DNA from: Candidatus Hydrogenedentota bacterium
GTDB lineage: Bacteria > Hydrogenedentota > Hydrogenedentia > Hydrogenedentales > SLHB01
DNA: 30,071 nt
Assembly: GCA_034408725.1 (NCBI GenBank)
Contig: JAWXCN010000070.1
Span: 1-30,071 of the forward strand
Reading direction: 5' to 3'
The number at the start of each line of letters is the position of its first letter. The first letter of the stretch is position 1. Positions 7,425-14,838 of the stretch are shown here, piece by piece. The notes below the pieces were generated by a model. That model did not search any database. It was given only the letters and a program-made list of their open reading frames with translations, and was not told the DNA's origin. A program made the position numbers and the translations under genes.

Positions 7425-8621
7425 CTACGTCAACACTTTGCAGATCGCATCGCAGAGCGCATCCATGTTCCCCGGCGTCATCCCCGCAACGTTGATGCGG
7501 CCCGAGCCGACAATGTAGACACCGTACTTTTCCTTGAGCGTGTCAACGTGCGCTTTATTCAAGCCGGAGAAGGAAAACATTCCCTTCTGCGTGGTGAGGA
7601 ACGAAAAGTCTTGTGCGACGCCCTTGGCCTTGAGCGTGTTTACAAACGCCTGGCGCATGCCGGCGATGCGGTCGCGCATTCCCTTTACTTCGCCGTCCCA
7701 CTCCTTGCGCAACGCGGCGTCGTTCAAGATAGTTGTTACGATGTTCGACCCGTGCGCGGGCGGGTTCGAGTAGTTCGTGCGAATCGTCCGCTTGAGGTGG
7801 CTGAGCGCTTTCTGCGCGCTGGATTCAGAATCGGCGACGAGCGTGAGCGCGCCGACGCGTTCGTTGTATAACCCGAAGTTTTTCGAGAACGACGAGCATA
7901 TATATACTTCGAGGCCGCCGGCGAGAAACTGTGACAAACCGCGCGCGTCTTCGCGCACGCCGTCAGCGAGGCCCTGATACGCGAAATCGAATAGCGGCGC
8001 CCAGCCTTGCTTCGCGGCGACCTCCGCGATCGCGTTCCACTCGTTCACTGTCGGGTCCATGCCCGTCGGGTTGTGGCAGCAACCGTGCAGCACGACGAAA
8101 TCGCCCGCGGGCACTTTTTTCAAAGCTTCGAGCATCGGCATGAAATCGAGCTTCCTGCTTCCGGCGTCGTAATACGGATAGTTGGCGACGTTCAGACCCG
8201 ACGCCTGGAAAATGCCAGGATGGTTCGGCCACGTCGGGTCGCTTAGCCACACCGTCGCGCCCGGCTTGAGAAAAGATATGAAATCGCCGGACACGCGCAG
8301 CGCGCCGGTGCCGCCCGGCGTGTGCGCGGTGACGCTCCTTTTGCTCGCGAGAATTTCGTGGCCGCCGCCGAAAAGGAGTTCCTGAACAGCCGCGCAATAC
8401 TCGGCTGTACCGCTGTTTGGATTCACATAGTTCTTCGTCTTTTCCGATGCGAGGATGCGTTCCTCCGCCTTCTTCACGGATTTGAGCACCGGCGTCTTGC
8501 CGTTCTCGTCGCAATAGACCCCAATGCTGAGATTGATCTTGTTCGGGTTTGGGTCTTTTTTAAACGCCTCGCCAATGCCTAGGATGGGGTCAGGCGGCGC
8601 CGTTTCGAGCTGCTCAAACAT
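7425..8621 (-). CDS. aspC: Aspartate/aromatic amino acid aminotransferase (class I PLP)
   Basis: APPDPILG, TPGGTGAL, PTWPNH, HGCCHNPTG, DFAYQG, SFSKNFGLYNERVG (PLP lysine), GRINVAG. Start could also be 8630. Confidence 0.95.
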   Translation of the reverse strand: MFEQLETAPPDPILGIGEAFKKDPNPNKINLSIGVYCDENGKTPVLKSVKKAEERILASEKTKNYVNPNSGTAEYCAAVQELLFGGGHEILASKRSVTAHTPGGTGALRVSGDFISFLKPGATVWLSDPTWPNHPGIFQASGLNVANYPYYDAGSRKLDFMPMLEALKKVPAGDFVVLHGCCHNPTGMDPTVNEWNAIAEVAAKQGWAPLFDFAYQGLADGVREDARGLSQFLAGGLEVYICSSFSKNFGLYNERVGALTLVADSESSAQKALSHLKRTIRTNYSNPPAHGSNIVTTILNDAALRKEWDGEVKGMRDRIAGMRQAFVNTLKAKGVAQDFSFLTTQKGMFSFSGLNKAHVDTLKEKYGVYIVGSGRINVAGMTPGNMDALCDAICKVLT

Positions 8622-8723
8622 GATGATCATTTGCTCCGTGAGGATTGCGTTTGGCGCAGCAGTATAGTCGCGCGCCCTTCGCGCTTCCAACGGATAGGAA
8701 AAACCACAAAAAAGGCGAAGCAG

Positions 8724-8981
8724 TTACTCGAAGCGGAAGTGGACGAACAGCCGTCCGAAGTTTTTTGAATCTTTTTCGACCCGTTGGTACTGGGATTTTA
8801 TGTGGGGCTGTTGGAGGAATTTCAATACGCGTTTCTTGAGCTGGCCCGACCCTTTTCCGGGAATGATTTCGACGGTCCGGATGCGCTTGCGGACCGCGTC
8901 GTCGATGACCCGCTCGAGTTCGCGTTCGATGCTTTGGCTTTTATTGAAGATGTCGTGGAGGTCGAGCGTGATTTTTGACAT
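8724..8981 (-). CDS. Stand-alone Smr/MutS2 C-terminal domain protein
   Basis: LDLH and VEIIPGKGSGQLKKRV motifs in an 85 aa protein. Confidence 0.88.
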   Translation of the reverse strand: MSKITLDLHDIFNKSQSIERELERVIDDAVRKRIRTVEIIPGKGSGQLKKRVLKFLQQPHIKSQYQRVEKDSKNFGRLFVHFRFE

Positions 8982-9000
8982 GGGATGCTTTCACTCTGGC

Positions 9001-10518
9001 TTATACGGGGGACTGTTGCTGTTTGCGCAGGATAGTAAGGGATCGCGCTGGAACGGTCCATTTCGTGCCGGGCACGTCTGAATCTGCCCCGAGGTACGGG
9101 GACGCCGTCTCCACTTCCACCGCGGCGCGGCCATAGTTTGCAAGGACCAGATGCAATTCGCGGTTGGCAAATGCGGACGCGACGACGCCTTTCGGCAATG
9201 GCGCGGAGAACAACGATGAATCGCCAATTTCCAGCCACGCCCAAGTGCCTTCCTCGACCAGCGGCTTGTAGCGCTTGAGCCACTTTGCATGGACCAGGCG
9301 CGTATTCGGATTGCCGGGGACCGCGTCCCACGCGCTGTAGGTATGCAGCTTCGATGGATCGGCCTGATACTGTTTCCATGCGTCGCGACAGCGTTGTAGC
9401 CAGAAGTCGTCGTTGTATTTCACACCCGGCACGAACCCGCGTTCACCCGTGAAAATACGGCCACCCATCGTGACCGGAAACTGCATGTACGGAATAGCAT
9501 GCAGATACGGTTCGTCTTCGGTCTCAATGCTGGTGAATCCCATGTCCAGACAGGGAACGACATAGGGCGCATGGTTTTTCACCGTTTCGCGGAGCGGATC
9601 GGCCTGCGCGACGCCCTCGCCCACCCACAGATAGTCGTAAGTTTTGAGACCGCCCGCCTGCGGTTGTTCGGCGGCGTTGACGTGCAACTTCAGGATGCCG
9701 CCACGGCGTTTCACGTCTGCGTAGATCAGCGCGAGCAGGTCCGCGAACGCGCCATCGTGTTCCGGCGTTTCGTCGAACGCCACAATCTCGTCTTTCGCAA
9801 CGGGCATCGCACGTTTTGCGGCATGCTGATTGGCCAGGTACCCGCCATCGACGTAAAGGCCGTCGGACCCGTATTCATCCATGATCTGCGCGAATTTTTT
9901 GAGTACGAACGCGCGCCAGCCGGGGCTCGCGGGTGAGCAGCGCGCCATGTCCCAATATCCGACGACGAGGAAATCGCCTTCACGGCTCCATTCCTGCCGG
10001 AAATCGGGATCGGTGCGCTGAATGAAGCAGGGCGAGGTGTAGGTGAGGACCTTCATGCCGCGGCCGTGCGCCATCTCAATAAACCGGCGGTAGCCCGCGG
10101 GATTGACTGCGGAATACTTGTTCCCGCCAAACAGACGCAGCGAATCATTCCAATCGTCGAACACCTGAAGAATCTGAATGCCCTCGTCGCGCAGGCGATC
10201 CAGTTCCTGTTCGTCGTACTCGCCGATTTCCCACGGCTTCGTGCTGGGATATTCGCCGAGGTTGTAGCAACACTGCCCCGGCAGGTAGTCGGTAATCAGG
10301 TGCTGGCGCATGCATGATCGAATGGTGCTGGTCGCGATATTCTGCAAGCGACGGCGATGATCTTCTCGAGAATAGTCCCGGAGCAATGAAGGGAGTTGCG
10401 TGTCGGTGGCATCACGGGGCGGTTCAGCAGCCGCAGGCCGTGGTGTCATTCCCCCAATTGCGCCGCCTGCAACGACGGCATGCGTGCCCGTTCTCAGAAA
10501 TGCCCGGCGATTCACCAT
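9001..10518 (-). CDS. Tat-exported hypothetical protein, probable glycoside-hydrolase-like TIM barrel
   Basis: Twin-arginine leader MVNRRAFLR...PAAA, then FIEMAHGRGMKVLTY, CSPASPGWR, YGSDGLYVDGG. GGGGAG RBS before ATG 10518. Confidence 0.7.
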   Translation of the reverse strand: MVNRRAFLRTGTHAVVAGGAIGGMTPRPAAAEPPRDATDTQLPSLLRDYSREDHRRRLQNIATSTIRSCMRQHLITDYLPGQCCYNLGEYPSTKPWEIGEYDEQELDRLRDEGIQILQVFDDWNDSLRLFGGNKYSAVNPAGYRRFIEMAHGRGMKVLTYTSPCFIQRTDPDFRQEWSREGDFLVVGYWDMARCSPASPGWRAFVLKKFAQIMDEYGSDGLYVDGGYLANQHAAKRAMPVAKDEIVAFDETPEHDGAFADLLALIYADVKRRGGILKLHVNAAEQPQAGGLKTYDYLWVGEGVAQADPLRETVKNHAPYVVPCLDMGFTSIETEDEPYLHAIPYMQFPVTMGGRIFTGERGFVPGVKYNDDFWLQRCRDAWKQYQADPSKLHTYSAWDAVPGNPNTRLVHAKWLKRYKPLVEEGTWAWLEIGDSSLFSAPLPKGVVASAFANRELHLVLANYGRAAVEVETASPYLGADSDVPGTKWTVPARSLTILRKQQQSPV

Positions 10519-10667
10519 CAATCTCCCCGAAAGTTTGCGACGTTCGGGAACAGCATACAACGCAATGGTTCCCGGGTTCCCGAAATTCGTTCTCGCGCGT
10601 CCGTATGCGGACATTTCTGGCGGCCGAGAATTGTTATTTGAGACGGATGCAAAATCGGAGACAACCG

Positions 10668-11243
10668 ATGATTACGAAAACTTCGTGGAAAGACTGGCAT
10701 ACACCTATATCTCGGGGGGACGTCACACTCACGGAAGCGCACAGCAGCCTCAAAGCGCTGGGCGCGAAACCGCAGCAGATTCCATTGATGGTGCAGTTGG
10801 TCGAAAACCCGAAGTACGCGATTCCGGGGCTGGACCCTTTTCACGGACGGGTCGACCTTCACATGCACGACATCATCCATATCATCCTGGGGCGCGGGTT
10901 ATTGGCCGAGGACGAGGCGTTCGTGATCGGGTTCACGATGGGCAGCACGAACCGGGTGACAACGACCGAGGAGCGATTGTACTCGCTTGTGTCGAAATAT
11001 CTGTATCCGAAGGTGTATCGATTCACCGATGATTGCATCCGCATTTTCAAGGATGCGACGAAACTGGCGTATATCTCAGACTCGACTCGGCTCGATGAAG
11101 TTGATTTCGACGCGTACATGGATTGGACTTTGGATGACCTCCGTGATGCGATCCATCTCGAACACGATTTGCTGATGGCGTATTACAAGATCGAACACCG
11201 CCGATTCCCGAATCTGAAGGGCAGCGCGCGGCTGTTGGATTAG
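10668..11243 (+). CDS. Hypothetical protein with Coq4-like HDxxH-x11-E metal motif
   Basis: HDIIHIILGRGLLAEDE. GGAG RBS before ATG 10668. The upstream part of the track ORF overlaps the opposite-strand gene and is discarded. Confidence 0.7.
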   Translation: MITKTSWKDWHTPISRGDVTLTEAHSSLKALGAKPQQIPLMVQLVENPKYAIPGLDPFHGRVDLHMHDIIHIILGRGLLAEDEAFVIGFTMGSTNRVTTTEERLYSLVSKYLYPKVYRFTDDCIRIFKDATKLAYISDSTRLDEVDFDAYMDWTLDDLRDAIHLEHDLLMAYYKIEHRRFPNLKGSARLLD

Positions 11244-11308
11244 ATCGCGATATCGAGTGCGCCAGCGGCTGCTACCGCGCTCCATTTTCGAGTTTCTTCC
11301 CCATGAGG

Positions 11309-13108
11309 TTATTTCTCGATAATCAGTTCATCGCGTTTGTTGCCGTCTACATCGTAGGCGCGATAGACGAGGCGGTTCCCATCGATCTGGATGTCCAGCA
11401 CTTGATAGGTGGCGACATTGGTCATTCCGAACTCGATGTACGGCAAATCACCCTGATCGTAAAACTTCGTGCCCGAGACACTGAGCACGTATACCGTCCC
11501 TTCGGCGGGCGACGCCACACGCTGCTCATTCTTCATGGGATACGTGCGTAAATAGGCATGGTCATGGCCTTGCAGCGCCATGTCCACGTGATATTTGTCA
11601 AAGATTGCGCCCCATTGCTTGCGCACTCCAGGATTGTCACGTTTTGCGGAAGACGAATACGCGGGATGGTGGTAGACCATGAACTTCCAGACGGCTTTGG
11701 TATTCGCAAGTTGTTGCTCGAGCCATTCAGTCTGCGTTTCCGGGAGCTGGTTGGAATCGAGCACGACAAAAAGCGCGTTGCTGTATTCGAATGAATAGGC
11801 GCGCTCCGGCCCAATCGTCGCCGGCCCATTCGTGGGCAGCGCGAACTGCTCAAGGTACAATCCGGGATTGTTATTTTGGTATTCGTGATTGCCGAGACAC
11901 GGCACAAGCTGGCGGCGATCGAATATGCCTTCGGCATTTTGAAAGAAAGTGTCCCAGTCATCGCGTTCCGCGCCGCGGTTCACGAGGTCGCCGGCCATGA
12001 TGTAAAATGCGGCATCGGGCCGTTCGCGAAACGCATGATGGATCAGCGAGCCCCAACGGTCGAGGCCATTCTGCGCGTCGCCCATATAGATAAACGAAAA
12101 CGGTACAACTTTTTCCGGCGCCGTGGAGAATTCCGCGAGTTCAGTCCATCCGTCATTCCTGCCGTCACCAACGGAATAGAGATAGGTTGTGCCGGCATCG
12201 AGACCGGTGATGATCGCGGTGTGGCGGTGAATCGTGGTGTCATTCACCAGGGTCGGGTTCGTGAGCGGTTTGGTCTCCGCTTCGATCACGATTGGCTCTT
12301 TGCGCTTGAACGCGTTGAAATCCGCTTTCTTGATGTATTGCACGCGGCCCTGTTTCACCGCCGTGGATGTCCGCCATTGAATTGCCTGCGTCGTCTTGGG
12401 ATCGGCGCTCCACGTAAGGACAATGTGGTCCGGCGTCTCGCTCGCGGGGTGTGGCGTGAACCGGAACAGGTTTACCAACTGGCCTTCGCGTCTGCGGCTG
12501 TTGTCACCGCGCAAGAGCACCGTGCCATCAAGCTCCGCGGGAACTTCGCTTACCTTCAGGTCGTCGCGGTCCGCGTACACCAGCTCGCCGTTTTTCAACG
12601 TGCCGAGGGTGTGGCGGCCGGGGTAAATATTCGAGAGGGCAATCGTCGCGCCGGGGTCGGTTGGTTCGATCGCTACAAAGTAGTGGTCGCCTGCGCCGGT
12701 AAGACTGTTCACGCCAAGCCCGATATGGCCGGCGGGAAAGGACTTCTTCCACGCGTCGAACTCTTTATCGTCCATTTTCATGCGCAATCCGGTTTGCTCA
12801 TAACCATCTTGCGCGAACCAGTACGGTTCCGCGCCCAGCCTCGCGTCGCGTACAACGTAGAGCTCGACAGGCACGTTCACGTCGAATGACAAGTACTCGG
12901 ACGCGAGAACATGTTTTTCATCCGCCGTAAGCGCGGCGTCGACCTGGTCGAGTGTAAGCGTGCCCAAGGACTCAACCGGCAAGGTTGTCTTCAACCGGTC
13001 TATGACGCCCGCTATTGTGTCGTGTACGGATGGATGCTCGCCGACGTGCGCAAAGGCAGTGCAGCAAAACGACATGGCGACGGCGAAACCAGCTACTACA
13101 TGCTTCAT
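11309..13108 (-). CDS. Secreted calcineurin-like metallophosphoesterase (purple-acid-phosphatase architecture, FN3-like domain, long N-terminal extension)
   Basis: Signal peptide, then GDAQ, GDLVN, GNHE, YHHP, GHDH motifs and the PAP N-domain (PDHIVLTW, GLDAGTTYLYSVG). Start could also be 13129. Confidence 0.88.
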   Translation of the reverse strand: MKHVVAGFAVAMSFCCTAFAHVGEHPSVHDTIAGVIDRLKTTLPVESLGTLTLDQVDAALTADEKHVLASEYLSFDVNVPVELYVVRDARLGAEPYWFAQDGYEQTGLRMKMDDKEFDAWKKSFPAGHIGLGVNSLTGAGDHYFVAIEPTDPGATIALSNIYPGRHTLGTLKNGELVYADRDDLKVSEVPAELDGTVLLRGDNSRRREGQLVNLFRFTPHPASETPDHIVLTWSADPKTTQAIQWRTSTAVKQGRVQYIKKADFNAFKRKEPIVIEAETKPLTNPTLVNDTTIHRHTAIITGLDAGTTYLYSVGDGRNDGWTELAEFSTAPEKVVPFSFIYMGDAQNGLDRWGSLIHHAFRERPDAAFYIMAGDLVNRGAERDDWDTFFQNAEGIFDRRQLVPCLGNHEYQNNNPGLYLEQFALPTNGPATIGPERAYSFEYSNALFVVLDSNQLPETQTEWLEQQLANTKAVWKFMVYHHPAYSSSAKRDNPGVRKQWGAIFDKYHVDMALQGHDHAYLRTYPMKNEQRVASPAEGTVYVLSVSGTKFYDQGDLPYIEFGMTNVATYQVLDIQIDGNRLVYRAYDVDGNKRDELIIEK

Positions 13109-13255
13109 GACGAGAGACCCTCGATACATTTTATTCAAACCAGAAAGGGTACCGGATACCGGTGACTGTTTCACCCTACCAGCGGGGGGTTAGGAGGACG
13201 TTAGCGGTACGGGTTCCCGTTGCATATGCCGCTGGGTGCATGCGACGATTGCCGC

Positions 13256-14719
13256 ATGCGGAAGTGGTTGGGATTAGTACCCGTGTTGTTCGTCGTGTTA
13301 CTCACGCGGGCGCACGGCATAGCGGAAGAATCCGTCTGGTATGACGAGGCAGTGAGCGTCGTACTTCTGGATGAGTCCACGCTCGCGGGTTTTCTGGACG
13401 CGTCGCGCGACGTGGACAAGCTGAAAGTGCCGCTGTACTTCGTGCTGGAGTACGCATGGTGGCATGGGATTTCTAAATCGGTCACGGGGCTGCGCTGGCT
13501 CAGTGTATTCATAGCGCTCGGCACGGCTGCCGTTCTGTATGCCTTCACGTTGCGCCTCTGGGGCATATTTCCCGCGGTCGTTGCGGCGCTCTGCTTCGCG
13601 CTCTCGAAACCCTTCCTGTACCACGGCCAGGAAATCCGCATGTATGGCCTGATGTATCTGCTGGCGCTGGGCAGTTGGTTTGCACTCTTCGCCGCAACCC
13701 GCGGACAACGGCGCGCCTGGCACGTGAATGCGCTGCTCAATCTCCTGCTCATTAACACACAACTTCTCGCTGCATTCAGCTTTCTGGCGCAATTCGTTTT
13801 CATCGTCGCGAACGATCCCCGTGCATGGCGGAGATACGTAGCGTGGGTGGCGGCGCAGGGCGCGATCGTTTTGACAATCCTTCCCTGGATTTGGCGCTTC
13901 ACGCCTTATGAAGAAGCAGTAGCCTGGATCGTCGTGCCGCCACCGTCGTTTCTCGTCGAATCGTTCCTCTTCGTGTTGCCGGGCACTAAGTTTGACTGTA
14001 TTGACCCGCTTGAAGGTCCGCGCTGGTGGGGAGCGCTTGCGTTTGGCGCGCTGGCACTCTCTCTCGCGGCTTGCGCGCTGTATCGCGCGCGCGTGGATAA
14101 ACAGGAACGGACAGCCGCGCTGATGCTTGCGATATGGTGCGTTGTGCCGCCGCTCGCGATGTTTGCCGCATCATACGTTGCGGTGCCGTGCTATGTAGAC
14201 CGCTACGCGCTGTACGCGGCGTTTCCGCTGTTCATGCTCATTGGCCGTGGGCTTGCAATTTCGCCGCCAACAACCCGCGCATTTTGCGCGATTTCACTGT
14301 TGGCGCTGGGTATTTTTAACGTGCTAGGCATCGAGCGTCCGATGCGGCCCGTTATGGCCGAGGTTGCCGATCTGATTCGCTTTCACGCCGAAGAAGGCGA
14401 CCGCATCGTAACGCGGGGGATGGGTTACGAGTACAGCCTGTCCGTTTATTACAAGGAAGCCTGGAAGCGCTGGGTGGATTTCAGCGTACCCCTGCGCAGG
14501 TCCGTGCGCGACGTCGAGGCGGGCACACGCACTTGGTTCGTTTTTAACCCACTGGACCCGGATTGGGAACGATGGATGCGGCATCTGAACGAAGGCATCG
14601 AGAAAGGCCGCGTGCAAACGGAGATCGATTCAACAACGCATGGCCCGCAACCGATCCGCGTCATGTTGCTCACCCCAACCGGCGAAACCTGGGAGGGCGC
14701 GCGTCCCCGCGCGCTCTAA
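13256..14719 (+). CDS. Glycosyltransferase family 39 / PMT-like (GT-C) membrane protein
   Basis: ESVWYDE, VPLYF, GQEIRMY, DRY motifs and multiple TM segments. Paralog of 970..2484. Confidence 0.85.
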   Translation: MRKWLGLVPVLFVVLLTRAHGIAEESVWYDEAVSVVLLDESTLAGFLDASRDVDKLKVPLYFVLEYAWWHGISKSVTGLRWLSVFIALGTAAVLYAFTLRLWGIFPAVVAALCFALSKPFLYHGQEIRMYGLMYLLALGSWFALFAATRGQRRAWHVNALLNLLLINTQLLAAFSFLAQFVFIVANDPRAWRRYVAWVAAQGAIVLTILPWIWRFTPYEEAVAWIVVPPPSFLVESFLFVLPGTKFDCIDPLEGPRWWGALAFGALALSLAACALYRARVDKQERTAALMLAIWCVVPPLAMFAASYVAVPCYVDRYALYAAFPLFMLIGRGLAISPPTTRAFCAISLLALGIFNVLGIERPMRPVMAEVADLIRFHAEEGDRIVTRGMGYEYSLSVYYKEAWKRWVDFSVPLRRSVRDVEAGTRTWFVFNPLDPDWERWMRHLNEGIEKGRVQTEIDSTTHGPQPIRVMLLTPTGETWEGARPRAL

Positions 14720-14771
14720 GAAATATGGACTGCGTGGGATAGCAGGCGCGCGAGGACGCGCGCCCTCCCAG
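14689..14771. repeat. REP-like doublet (REPIN-type inverted pair)
   Basis: CTGGGAGGGCGCGCGTCCCCGCGCGC 14689-14714 and its inverted copy 14746-14771 (25/26 identical). Each unit is internally palindromic. Confidence 0.85.
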
Positions 14772-14838
14772 TATCCGTTGCGCTGTCCCCCGCGTATTTG
14801 CGATCATATTCCCTTTCAACTCTGGGGAGATTTTTCCG

